A stretch of DNA of 64,000 bases from a virus, in IMG/VR virus record IMGVR_UViG_3300008952_000004, positions 1 to 64,000 of that record. One strand, written 5' to 3'. A program made the translations under genes and the position numbers. Within the stretch, counting starts at the first letter, position 1, and each line of letters starts with the position of its first letter. Shown here piece after piece: positions 54,101 through 64,000 of the stretch. The notes beneath the pieces are model-generated. The model did not search any database. It worked only from the letters and a program-made list of their open reading frames with translations, and was not told the DNA's origin.

Positions 54101-55924
54101 ATGGTAGATAAGAAAAAGAAGAAGAGTCAAAGGGTACCAATCGAATACACTAGCCGCGATTATAATTCTATTAAGAATGATTTGTTGGAGCATGCAAAAC
54201 GCTATTACCCTGATACCTACCAAGATTTTAATGATGCATCATTTGGTTCCTTAATGTTTGATACTGTTGCCTATGTTGGTGACATACTTTCTTTTTATTT
54301 GGATTATCAAGCCAACGAGACTTTTCTTGATACAGCATCTGAGTACTCAAACATTATTAGACATGCTCGGCGAATGGGATATGATCCATATGCCAGCGCC
54401 GTAGCTACAACTGGAAGGTGTCAATTTTTTATAACTGTACCTGCGAATGCAGCCGCCACCGGACCAGACGAAGCATATATGCCAATTTTACAAAGAGGTG
54501 CCAAATTAATTTCTAAATCTGGTGCCTTTTTTACCCTAGAGGAAGATGTTGACTTCGGTGCAAATAACACAGAAATTATTGTAGCATCGTCAGATGTTAA
54601 CGGATCACCGACATTTTATGCTATTAAAGCAACTGGTCTTGTCTTATCTGGAATAGAATATCAATCAGAGATACCTGTGGGAGATTTCAAGCCATTCCGG
54701 CGAGTCCAAATTCAAGAACCTGATCTAGTTGAGGTGACAAGTGTCGTGGACTCACAGGGACACATATGGCATGAAGTAGAATATCTTTCACAAGATGTAG
54801 TATATATTCAGATTAACAATCAAGACTACGACCACACCTTTGGATCCCCGCCGAAAATACTAAAGCCTATATCAGTACCTAGACGATTTATCATAGAGAG
54901 GAATCGATCAGGTGTTGCGCTACAGTTCGGCTCAGGCGAGTCTCTTGACGAATCGGATAGAACAATTGATCCTTCAAAAGTAGCAATTGCACAATATGGA
55001 CGAAATCACGTATCAGATCGTTCGTTTGATCCACATAAGTTGGTACGGCAAGACACCCTTGGGGCGGTCCCGGCAAACACTCATCTTACTGTAACATACC
55101 GATCAAACAATGTCGGTTCCGATAAAATTAACGTAGGGGTTGGGCAGATTTCTGAGATTGCAGCAAGTAGGTTTGTCTTTAAAGATCCGTCCACACTGAG
55201 CGCAATTCAAAAAAGCAAAGTAATTACTAGTCTGGAAGTAACTAATGAATACCCAATTACGGGTGAATTATTTAAGCCAACTGCTAAAGAAATTAGACAA
55301 AGAGCAAAAGGCGCACACGCAGCACAGTATAGGGCTGTTACTGCTCAAGACTATGAGTCATTATCATATGCTATGCCTCCAAAATATGGAAAAATTAAGC
55401 GTTGCTGTATTCTTCTAGACACAAACTCCTTGAAAAGAAATTTAAACTTATATGTGATATCGGAGGACGAAGACGGCAGATTCTTTCGGACAAACGATAT
55501 TGTTAGTTATAATCTGAAGTCTTGGCTAACAGATAAAAAAATGATGAATGATTATATTGACATCATTCCGGCAAGAATCGTTAATCTTGGGGTAAACTTT
55601 ACCGTGATAGCATCCGATAATACAAATAAATCTGATTGTTTAAGTCGATGCTATGTGGCTCTCAGTCAATATTTTGCACACAATAAACCAAATATAGGCG
55701 AACACTTTGACATTTCTATTCTTTATAAAATATTGAATGCTGTAGTGGGTGTTGATGATACTCTAGACATTGACGTAGAAGTAAAGGAAGGGGGCATATA
55801 TGCAAGCACCAAGTTTGATATTTGGACTCAAACCTCAGCCGACGGGCGCAAAATAAGAATGCCCGAGGATACTGTTTGGGAAATTAAGTTTACTGCTGAT
55901 GATCTTAGTGGGGCGGTGAAATAA
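54101..55924 (+). CDS. baseplate wedge protein, T4 gp6-like (baseplate J family)
   Basis: YTSRDYNSIK.DL...A..YYP..YQDFN.AS.G....D..AYVGD.LSFYLD.QANE.FLDTA; RAVTAQDYE. Confidence 0.92.
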   Translation: MVDKKKKKSQRVPIEYTSRDYNSIKNDLLEHAKRYYPDTYQDFNDASFGSLMFDTVAYVGDILSFYLDYQANETFLDTASEYSNIIRHARRMGYDPYASAVATTGRCQFFITVPANAAATGPDEAYMPILQRGAKLISKSGAFFTLEEDVDFGANNTEIIVASSDVNGSPTFYAIKATGLVLSGIEYQSEIPVGDFKPFRRVQIQEPDLVEVTSVVDSQGHIWHEVEYLSQDVVYIQINNQDYDHTFGSPPKILKPISVPRRFIIERNRSGVALQFGSGESLDESDRTIDPSKVAIAQYGRNHVSDRSFDPHKLVRQDTLGAVPANTHLTVTYRSNNVGSDKINVGVGQISEIAASRFVFKDPSTLSAIQKSKVITSLEVTNEYPITGELFKPTAKEIRQRAKGAHAAQYRAVTAQDYESLSYAMPPKYGKIKRCCILLDTNSLKRNLNLYVISEDEDGRFFRTNDIVSYNLKSWLTDKKMMNDYIDIIPARIVNLGVNFTVIASDNTNKSDCLSRCYVALSQYFAHNKPNIGEHFDISILYKILNAVVGVDDTLDIDVEVKEGGIYASTKFDIWTQTSADGRKIRMPEDTVWEIKFTADDLSGAVK

Positions 55925-57375
55925 TGGCAATCAAACGTTACATTGCAACTAAAGACACTACGATAGCAAATAGTTATCAAGCGAATCTATCGACAACAGC
56001 CTCTGGGTCAAACATGGGCGCCGCCGATGTAACTGAAGTATTCTCTATATATGGTCAAGTATCATCTAGTACATCAGGAAATTCACTTGAAGCTTCCCGC
56101 GCTCTATACTACTTTGATGTTGCCGATATTACCACGGACAGGACTAATGGAGACATTCCTAAATCCGGATCAGTGGATTTCGTATTAAAGTTAACAAATG
56201 CAGAACACCATAAGACAACTCCACAAAATTATGATATGCGAGTGATCGCAGTTTCAGAAAGTTGGACTGAGGGGTCCGGTTTAGATTTAGATAATTATAG
56301 AGATATTGGAGAATGTAATTGGAATTATCGCACATCTGCTAACGCTTGGGGAAATGGTAACGCAGCAGCAAAGGGCGGCGTTTTCCATACAGGAAGTGTG
56401 GAAGCGTGGTCTAATGAAATACAATTCAAACAAGCGTTTGGAGAAGACGTGACAGAAGATCTAGAAATAGTTATTACTCCTTTGGTTGAACACTGGATCG
56501 CAGGCACTGTTTCTAATAATGGAATAGGTGTCTTATTGTCTGGCTCATATGAGGATGGTACTAGCCTTCGGTCTTATTATACTAAAAAGTTCTTCGCTAG
56601 GAATAGTGAGTATTTCTTTAAAAGACCGAGAATCGAAGCTCGTTGGGATTCTTCTAAAAAAGATGACCGCGCAAATTTTTATGCCAGCAGTTCTCTGGGG
56701 GACACTGAAAATACAAATACAATATATCTATATAATAATCTTCGAGGACAGCTTACCAATATCCCAGGCTTGCATGCCCGCAACACACTAGTTGTTAAAC
56801 TTTATCGCGATGCTCTTACTGACAGTGCGCCTGTGGAAGTCACAGGTGGTTTGACATCAGACACTGGAATTTATACCGCATCGTTAGCCATGGACACGTC
56901 GGCTTCCGTATTGTATGATGTATGGTCGACTGGCTCGATACAGTTTTATACTGGTTCCATCACTGTTAAAAGTTTTGCAGCTACTGCCGAAAATCCTAAC
57001 AGCACTTACAACACATCTATTGTAAATTTAAAACCTTCGTATTCAACAAAAGAAACGGCGCGATTTCGCTTCTTTGTTAGAAAACAAAATTGGACTCCCA
57101 CTATTTATAATAAGGCTACAGAAACTTTAAATAGCGAAGTAATAAGCTCTGCGTATTATAAAATTTTCAGGATTTCAGACAACTATGAGGTAATGCCATA
57201 TGGGACAGGAAGCGAACAGCACACTAAAATGTCATACGATCAGAGCGGAAGTTATTTTGATTTAGATATGAGTATGCTTCAGAAGGACTATGCTTATGGT
57301 TTATCATTAACATATTATTTGAATGGAAAATATGTAGAACAACCAGAGGTATTTAAATTTAGAGTAGAAGGATAA
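55924..57375 (+). CDS. baseplate-associated structural protein
   Basis: MAIKRYIATKDTTI, SRAL..FD, YTKKFFAR.SEYFFKRP.IEARWD; translationally coupled to gp6-like gene. Confidence 0.75.
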   Translation: MAIKRYIATKDTTIANSYQANLSTTASGSNMGAADVTEVFSIYGQVSSSTSGNSLEASRALYYFDVADITTDRTNGDIPKSGSVDFVLKLTNAEHHKTTPQNYDMRVIAVSESWTEGSGLDLDNYRDIGECNWNYRTSANAWGNGNAAAKGGVFHTGSVEAWSNEIQFKQAFGEDVTEDLEIVITPLVEHWIAGTVSNNGIGVLLSGSYEDGTSLRSYYTKKFFARNSEYFFKRPRIEARWDSSKKDDRANFYASSSLGDTENTNTIYLYNNLRGQLTNIPGLHARNTLVVKLYRDALTDSAPVEVTGGLTSDTGIYTASLAMDTSASVLYDVWSTGSIQFYTGSITVKSFAATAENPNSTYNTSIVNLKPSYSTKETARFRFFVRKQNWTPTIYNKATETLNSEVISSAYYKIFRISDNYEVMPYGTGSEQHTKMSYDQSGSYFDLDMSMLQKDYAYGLSLTYYLNGKYVEQPEVFKFRVEG

Positions 57376-57376
57376 A

Positions 57377-60300
57377 ATGGGCGGCGGAATAAAGGATTTA
57401 TTTGGGAATTCGGATAGTGTTTTATCAAAGACACATATCAGAGATATAGCTAATGCTGATTCACCAGTTGAGTCATCAGAATATATTGAAAAATATCTTT
57501 TGGAAAAAGAGAGATTTCTTCCGACTGCCGATTTTTCTACAGCTAGTAATTTTGCTATGTATGGTTCCGCAGAACAATACGTAACAGATGCTTTACAAAA
57601 TATATACCAATACTACCCATATGATGGTTCTTTGACGGAGAAGATTGAGTGGATCAACACAGCGAATTATTATGATATATATATGTTCCAATTTTTGTAT
57701 CCGCGAACTTGTGGTTACGCCGTGTTTTCTCCCGACGGCTGGGGCACGCAAACTGATTTAATTGCTGATGCTGGGCTGACACCACAGCACGTATTTGGAT
57801 TGTCAAACAATCCGGAGTATATTCAGCTTAAAGCCGGTCCACACCCAGATCCAGATGCTGCCGCAAAAACTTTATCAAAACAATTTCCAGAACCTTGGGA
57901 CGGCACAGCCAATATATGGGACGATACCACAGGGGTTAATCGTGTTTCTAATATTGTTTTAGATCCTGCAAAGGGGGTTACTACTGAGTTTTGGTTTAAA
58001 AAAGATGGTTATGTTTCCTCGTCCGCAACAACAAGATTTGAATATTTGTTTGACGTATGGAATGGACAGAAGGGGACAGCAGAGGGGGAAACCTATGGAC
58101 GCTATTCTATTTTACATGACGGAACATCTACCGGAGCCATTAAATTAGGAGTGATGTCTGGGTCACAACTTCTTACGTGCGATTCCGGCTTAACAACCGC
58201 CGAGGTGTTTGATAATAAATGGCACCATATCGCGATTGCCTTTCAAAGTGGCTCGGATTGGGTTGAGGTTAATACTTTTTTCGACGGACAACACCATACT
58301 CGACAAACCAGTGTTGATCAAGCCAACGTTGTTATTGGAGAAATAACCGGCTCTCTGATCGCAAATATTGGCGCTGCGCGAATACCTACCATTTCTCAGG
58401 CAGGTACTGCTGCGCTCGCCTCGGCTAAAATAAAAGATGGCTATGGAAAACTATCCGGCTCCATTGACGAGTTTAGGTTTTGGAAAACAGCTAGGACTCC
58501 AAAACAGATCGGTCGTTTCTGGTTTACTCAAATTGCCGGTGGTACAAACACAGATAATAATAAATTCTCAGGATCCGCCGCACCGGTAGATTTAGGTTTT
58601 TATTATAAATTTAACGAGGGAAATACCGGGGACAATACAGTTGATTCGACCGTCTTGGACTATTCGGGACGCATATCGAATGGTACTTGGACCGGGTTTA
58701 TTTCTGACAAGTCGCGTGTTGCTGGGGCAATGAAATCTGCGATGATAGAATCTTCAGCTTCGGTATCTGAGTTTAAAGATCCGATCATTTATTCGACACA
58801 TCCAGACGTCACCGCTCTATCTGATCGATTATTATCAGAAGGAAAAGAGTGGGATTTAAACAACAATTCATCACTATATCATACAATGCCAGAGTGGATT
58901 ATTTCTGAAGATGCTGACGAAAATGGAAATACACTCAAAAAGTTGGCACAAATGCTCGGTGTATATTTTGATACGCTACACATGCAGATAAACAGTTTGC
59001 CTTCATTAGCTGAGAAGCGATACCCAGTAACCGATTTTATTGTACACGATCCAAATTTCATAGATTATAACCTTGGTGGTCCGAATACCGGTAAGACTAG
59101 AGAATACACATTTTTTCAGAAGCCGAAACCTACTGCAAAAATGTCGGTAGAACATTCTGGTATGGAAGCTTCAGAATTGTTTTCCGACGTCACTATCTTG
59201 AACCAACTGGCTAGTCGTGATGAACATCGGGAATTCGAATCTAAACTATATGATATTAAAAATACGATATATCAAAACATATATAATAATCTAACTTATA
59301 TCTACAAAACAAAAGGTACATTTAAAAGCTTCCGGAATCTTATGCATTGCTTTGGGATTGATGAGGATCTAATCGCCATTAACTTATACGCCAATGATGA
59401 ATCTTTTAAATATGATGATTCGCGCTATCGTTCTAAAACATTGCGGAAAAATTATATAGATTTTGCGACTTCCGATAGACAACAATCTACGGTGTTTCAA
59501 TCATCTAGTGTTTCCATATCTGATTCTCTTAGCTATATCCCCGGTGCTTATGATAAGCCCATGACGGTTGAGGCAAACATAATTTTCCCACTGAAGAAAG
59601 ATGAAAATGACACAAACTATTATGAATATAATTATTATTCTAGTTCATTGTTTGGTTGTCATGAAGCACTCCCGTCCGCGCCTACCAATTATACTTGGCA
59701 CTCAAACGATTCAGCGTCTTTTCAAGTCTATGTGGTAAGGCAAGAATTTCGCGGTAAAGATGCAAAATTTATTCTTTCTTCAAGTAATGGATATTTTCCA
59801 ACGTTAACAACACCCACGTTTAAAGATGTATATAACAATACTAATTGGCATTTTGCTGTACGCTTAGCTCCATCACAAGATGCGGTCAGTGGTTCGGTAA
59901 TCACAGGCTCATCTCCCGATCATTGGGATCTGGAGTTTTATGGTGTTAATACAGCACTAGATCAAATCGATAAAAAGTTTCACGTGTCGGGAAGTATATC
60001 GACTGTTGACGCACAAAATAATTTTGCCGCTCTAGCAAAAAGATTTTATCTTGGTGCCCATAGAACAAATTTTACTGGCAGTACTGTGTTAACAAACACA
60101 GATATTAAGGTGGGTTCCTTCTCTGTCTGGCAAGATCGTTTGTCGGACGAAGAAATAAATTCACATGCAAAAGATCCGAACAACGTCGGTCGAGATTATC
60201 CTTATGAAAACGCATATATGTTTGAGGGCGTAGACCCAAATATTGACATCACATATATTCCTAGGATTAAAACACATATTTTAAATTGGCAATTCGCAAC

Positions 60301-63300
60301 GATCACTGGCTCCACTGATGGAGTATATGGTGTTGATTATTATGGAGGCTCGGCGTGGAATTCCTCTTTTGAGGTCTTGGACATGACTTCCGGTTCTGAT
60401 GATAAATGGGACGTCCCATCGTTGTATAAAACGCACTACCCCGCTCGCGGTGATTGGTTCCTTCCAAATGATACAGTTGTCGAAACTGAATATCTATATA
60501 CAGCCAATCAAATTCTCCCAGAGACACTGACGGGTGACGATAACATCAAAATTTTAGCAGCAGACCGAGAAACGTTTGTAAGAGATACCATTCCAACAAA
60601 TCAGTTTTTTGCTATTGAAAAGAGTATGGCTCAGACAATTTCAAAAGAAATGCTGGATGTGTTAGGGGCGGTCACTGCTTTTAATAATCTTGTTGGTGAA
60701 CCGGTTAATAGATATCGACAAGAGTACAAGTCTCTAGAAAAGATGAGGGAAATATTCTTTCGTCGGGTTTCTGGGGAAATCGATTTCGACAGGTTTATGA
60801 ATTTTTATAGTTGGGTCGATGGAACCCTATCAGAAATGTTAGTGAGTCTGGTACCGGCTACTGCCAATGTATCGGACGGTATACGAAATGTTATTGAAAG
60901 TCATATCTTAGAAAGAAATAAATATTGGAATAAGTTTCCGACATTGGAAATGAAAGACAAGCCAATTATTGGGTTTGTTAAGGGTATTAAAGAATTAACA
61001 TATGACTGGAAACACGGTCACGCACCTCTTAACCCGACCCAATTCGTTAATGAAGACACAAATTGTCTTTGGTGGAAGGAGCGCGCTGAAGCTAGTGGGT
61101 CCGCAGGAGCACTTGGTTGGCAGGGCGCGTCTACGTCTGGAGATTCTTATGTAGATTCGGATCGTAACACTATACGACGTATTATAACTTCTGATATTTC
61201 AACAAACAAAATTCTTGCAACTGGAGAATATACAGATCCGATTGATTATCCAAACAGTGGAATTCCAAATGCGGCTCAAATAGAACTAGCACAGAGCGGA
61301 AGCAATTCTGCCGGAAGACAAGAATACAAGGGTAGTACATATGCTTTAAGAAGATTTACTAGACCTTATAAATTAAACTTAGATAATTCTAAAGAAGTCC
61401 GTTCAGGTCACAACCCTGCAAGAAACAATAAGGGTATTGATGTCTTCTGGGCTCAAGCTCGACGCGGAGGATCGACTTATGTAAATATGGATTTTGATTC
61501 CACTCTTGCAGGGTTTGATGGTCCAGAACCAAGCTGTGATGACGCCAAAATCCCAGTTCCGTTGCGTAAGGTGAGAAGACATGCTGCTTGGGAAGGCGCA
61601 GCAGGACAGCAACCCTTGGTTGGTATAGAGCCTATTAAAGCGAGAATAGTTGCACCATTTGTATATCTTTCTCAGTCATCTGATATAACCACGGCACGCT
61701 CATTAACTTTTTTTAATAATTCGGCAGACACAGCATATGCGGGGCTGCACGTTGATACATACGGACCTTCACAAGAAACCCCAATGCAGGGTCCATTTAC
61801 AGAGAAAAATGTCGGAGGACGTCAATACCGTCACGCTCCACTAAGCACCGGAGAAGACAATGTGACTAATCGGACTGAAGGATTCCGAATCTATAAATAT
61901 GGAGAATTCTTGTTTACACCACTCCGTGACGATAGCGGTACTTCCTTCCAACCGAGTTTGATACCTCGTGGATGGTATTACCGTGACGAAGTGGCAAAAA
62001 GACCGGTTAATATTAGAAACATCCAAACTGTGACATCTTCGAATGATCTTGGTAACTATTCAAATGTATTACAGCTTGTTAACACTCAGGACACGAATAC
62101 AAGTCCATGGTTTGTAAAGTTGCAGGCAGCAACAGGCTCTCAAGGGCTTTCTACTCTTATGTCGGGTAAGGCGAGTGATTTCGGTATTAGCGACGTCCCA
62201 GATAGACCAAAATTAAAATATTTTGCTAAACATTTAATGGGTGAAGAAAATTTAGCTGCCCCATTTACTGAAGAAGAAGTAACTGCATCTTTATCAAAAC
62301 ATAAAATAATTGAAAGATTCTCTGCTCCTGGCGGTCCCGACACAGCAGGTGATGCATATGGTGGGTTTGGGTTAAGCCAGATTACAACAATGTATTCTCC
62401 AAATAACTCTATCAACTATAGAAATCTTTCTGTAAGGACACCTTTAAACGCTTTATTAAAATCGCCCATGGGCAACTATGGTTCTTTTTCCGGAAGCACC
62501 TTGTCGATTTTAGGTGAAACGACTGCCCTGTCAGCATCTTATCATAAGGTAAATCGTAATGCAAGACTTCGCACAGAACTAGTTGGAGACTCACCATTTT
62601 CTTCTTCTTTGCACGGCTTTGACCGCGCCATTGTTCATTGCACTTCTTCGTATGACAACTGGTTTGTACAGCATGCAATCCCTGCAACTGACTTTGCTTA
62701 TGCTTGGATTACAGCCTCGACAAACAGAACCGATTATTGCACTTCGCTTGGCACCTCATCATTCATTAGCGCAAGTGAATATATGTCTTATATCAACACC
62801 GAAGAAGATAATGTCCGCTTGTGGGGCGCTACACCGAACGGTATAGCAGCTTGGTCTACTTATTTGGGTGAATATACAGTTACAACACAAACAGATTTTG
62901 TTGGTTTGAATCATCATATATATGCACCGGTTTCAGCAAGTACCAACATGTTTGGGTATGCATCGAGTCCTGAACAGGCATATTTGAATGATAGTTTCGT
63001 TGATCACCCGTCAGGTTTTGAACCACAAGATACAACACCTCCTGCAACACTGAATTCTATTCTTCTCAACCGGGATGGTCCTTACGGGTATCCTTCTTGG
63101 AAACAAATTCGAACTGGGGAACACCCAATTGTGAGATCTCACAAAAAGAACAATATTCTTTCTATAGGAGAAAAACCAAAGACGATTAATTTTGTTGTTG
63201 CAGGCGCACTCACTTCTAGCACAGAGTTACGCTCATCGCGGTTTACAAATTACACTGAACCGCCTGTATCATCAAAATATTACTCAATGATCCATCGTAT

Positions 63301-64000
63301 TGATACACATAAATCAAAAGGCGGCAGCAAACAATTTCCGCCTCTTACACTGCTTCATACGTATGCAAACAATTTAGGGATGTTTGCAAACACAGAAATA
63401 ACAGAAAAGTTGGATGTAGAAAAAACAGATGAGCAAATGTATGATACATTACTTTATAAATACACCATTGGAAATGCCCAGGCTAAAAAACCGCTCGAAT
63501 TTTTTAAATCCCTTCTTTATAAGGAAACAATATATCCGAAAGAAGTTAATACTTACCTGTCTGGCGCCCGAGGGCGGACTGCCTTTAGTGAAACGACGGA
63601 AGAACTCTCTGCGAGTTCTCGCGTTTGGGAGCGCACTTTTTGGAGAACTAGAGCAGAAAATCGTGCCCGTGAAGAAGGCGCAGTTAACTCAATGGGGTAT
63701 AGAATTTATAATTCCTCGAATAGATCAAGTCGTGACTTTATGGCTTCCGATAAGCTTTCCGGCTCGTGGTTTTTACCATCAGGTTCATTAAGTATCTGGC
63801 CACTAGATACGGGTAATAGTGAAATAGAATACGTCACTCCATCACCGAGCACGGGTGTCCAAAGTACTCATGCAACGCAAAATACAATCCGCCCCGGCGG
63901 CTCCCAATGGGGCGGACCATCCGTTGGTGAATTGTATATGGATCCAATCGGAACTCTGTATGGAAGCTTATCGACTGCCGATCTGACTGGTATGCAGCCT
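57377..64000 (+). CDS. giant baseplate/tail protein with LamG domain(s), 3'-truncated (>2200 aa; absent from ORF track)
   Basis: ATG 57377 (MGGGIKDLFG...); LamG motifs TTEFWFKK, KWHHIAI, SGSIDEFRFWKTART; YKTKGT.KS.RNL..CFG wedge-like motif; reading frame still open at the window end (...GSLSTADLTGMQP). Confidence 0.8.
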   Translation, partial: MGGGIKDLFGNSDSVLSKTHIRDIANADSPVESSEYIEKYLLEKERFLPTADFSTASNFAMYGSAEQYVTDALQNIYQYYPYDGSLTEKIEWINTANYYDIYMFQFLYPRTCGYAVFSPDGWGTQTDLIADAGLTPQHVFGLSNNPEYIQLKAGPHPDPDAAAKTLSKQFPEPWDGTANIWDDTTGVNRVSNIVLDPAKGVTTEFWFKKDGYVSSSATTRFEYLFDVWNGQKGTAEGETYGRYSILHDGTSTGAIKLGVMSGSQLLTCDSGLTTAEVFDNKWHHIAIAFQSGSDWVEVNTFFDGQHHTRQTSVDQANVVIGEITGSLIANIGAARIPTISQAGTAALASAKIKDGYGKLSGSIDEFRFWKTARTPKQIGRFWFTQIAGGTNTDNNKFSGSAAPVDLGFYYKFNEGNTGDNTVDSTVLDYSGRISNGTWTGFISDKSRVAGAMKSAMIESSASVSEFKDPIIYSTHPDVTALSDRLLSEGKEWDLNNNSSLYHTMPEWIISEDADENGNTLKKLAQMLGVYFDTLHMQINSLPSLAEKRYPVTDFIVHDPNFIDYNLGGPNTGKTREYTFFQKPKPTAKMSVEHSGMEASELFSDVTILNQLASRDEHREFESKLYDIKNTIYQNIYNNLTYIYKTKGTFKSFRNLMHCFGIDEDLIAINLYANDESFKYDDSRYRSKTLRKNYIDFATSDRQQSTVFQSSSVSISDSLSYIPGAYDKPMTVEANIIFPLKKDENDTNYYEYNYYSSSLFGCHEALPSAPTNYTWHSNDSASFQVYVVRQEFRGKDAKFILSSSNGYFPTLTTPTFKDVYNNTNWHFAVRLAPSQDAVSGSVITGSSPDHWDLEFYGVNTALDQIDKKFHVSGSISTVDAQNNFAALAKRFYLGAHRTNFTGSTVLTNTDIKVGSFSVWQDRLSDEEINSHAKDPNNVGRDYPYENAYMFEGVDPNIDITYIPRIKTHILNWQFATITGSTDGVYGVDYYGGSAWNSSFEVLDMTSGSDDKWDVPSLYKTHYPARGDWFLPNDTVVETEYLYTANQILPETLTGDDNIKILAADRETFVRDTIPTNQFFAIEKSMAQTISKEMLDVLGAVTAFNNLVGEPVNRYRQEYKSLEKMREIFFRRVSGEIDFDRFMNFYSWVDGTLSEMLVSLVPATANVSDGIRNVIESHILERNKYWNKFPTLEMKDKPIIGFVKGIKELTYDWKHGHAPLNPTQFVNEDTNCLWWKERAEASGSAGALGWQGASTSGDSYVDSDRNTIRRIITSDISTNKILATGEYTDPIDYPNSGIPNAAQIELAQSGSNSAGRQEYKGSTYALRRFTRPYKLNLDNSKEVRSGHNPARNNKGIDVFWAQARRGGSTYVNMDFDSTLAGFDGPEPSCDDAKIPVPLRKVRRHAAWEGAAGQQPLVGIEPIKARIVAPFVYLSQSSDITTARSLTFFNNSADTAYAGLHVDTYGPSQETPMQGPFTEKNVGGRQYRHAPLSTGEDNVTNRTEGFRIYKYGEFLFTPLRDDSGTSFQPSLIPRGWYYRDEVAKRPVNIRNIQTVTSSNDLGNYSNVLQLVNTQDTNTSPWFVKLQAATGSQGLSTLMSGKASDFGISDVPDRPKLKYFAKHLMGEENLAAPFTEEEVTASLSKHKIIERFSAPGGPDTAGDAYGGFGLSQITTMYSPNNSINYRNLSVRTPLNALLKSPMGNYGSFSGSTLSILGETTALSASYHKVNRNARLRTELVGDSPFSSSLHGFDRAIVHCTSSYDNWFVQHAIPATDFAYAWITASTNRTDYCTSLGTSSFISASEYMSYINTEEDNVRLWGATPNGIAAWSTYLGEYTVTTQTDFVGLNHHIYAPVSASTNMFGYASSPEQAYLNDSFVDHPSGFEPQDTTPPATLNSILLNRDGPYGYPSWKQIRTGEHPIVRSHKKNNILSIGEKPKTINFVVAGALTSSTELRSSRFTNYTEPPVSSKYYSMIHRIDTHKSKGGSKQFPPLTLLHTYANNLGMFANTEITEKLDVEKTDEQMYDTLLYKYTIGNAQAKKPLEFFKSLLYKETIYPKEVNTYLSGARGRTAFSETTEELSASSRVWERTFWRTRAENRAREEGAVNSMGYRIYNSSNRSSRDFMASDKLSGSWFLPSGSLSIWPLDTGNSEIEYVTPSPSTGVQSTHATQNTIRPGGSQWGGPSVGELYMDPIGTLYGSLSTADLTGMQP

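Noticed and set aside
2017-63791. Numerous minus-strand and alternate-frame ORFs in the track (e.g. 3411..3965, 43304..43741, 45290..45886, 49507..49914)
   Set aside because: Lie wholly antisense to or nested in well-supported + strand genes, with Ser/Phe-rich shadow composition and no motifs.
1-64000. Alternative genetic code (stop-codon recoding) as in some jumbo phages
   Set aside because: Long ORFs tile the window in code 11 and genes end in TAA, TAG and TGA with tight coupling to the next start.
1-64000. Cellular chromosome with a capsule locus
   Set aside because: Baseplate gp25/gp6-like genes, sigma-like late factor and single-strand gene packing without housekeeping operons indicate a phage; the glycan cluster lacks export genes.
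5584-64000. Inteins or group I introns in the large ORFs
   Set aside because: No Cys/Ser...His-Asn intein ends with LAGLIDADG blocks, and no ORF interruptions were noticed by eye; an HMM scan would be needed to exclude them fully.

Overview
A 64-kb segment of a large T4-like (jumbo) myophage genome, read in standard code 11. All confidently called genes but one lie on the + strand, densely packed with overlapping start/stop codons. From left to right: (1) an HNH remnant fused to the 3' half of a tRNA, an intact HNH nuclease and small accessory genes; (2) a myxobacterial-style Cys/Asp-repeat + vWA lipoprotein; (3) a block of acidic, modular putative head proteins, including a 1038-aa fusion of RNA-ligase-like, HxGH nucleotidyltransferase and ParB-like domains; (4) a Fis-like HTH gene, an unannotated structured RNA, a tmRNA (tag ANDNVEVDYALAA) and an archaeal-type GAPDH-like gene; (5) PIN-PhoH, zincin and PD-(D/E)XK nuclease genes; (6) a ~16.6-kb glycan-biosynthesis operon containing a form IV RuBisCO-like protein sandwiched between a BcbE-like nucleotidyltransferase and a GDPD-like protein; (7) a gp55-like sigma factor; and (8) the baseplate module (multi-enzyme gp5-like lysin, spike, gp25-like, gp6-like and LamG-containing giant proteins), the last ORF running off the window. 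A recurring CTA[TGA]TTA motif in front of genes is a candidate late promoter; sigma70-type promoters also occur. All family assignments are by-eye motif recognition, not database searches.
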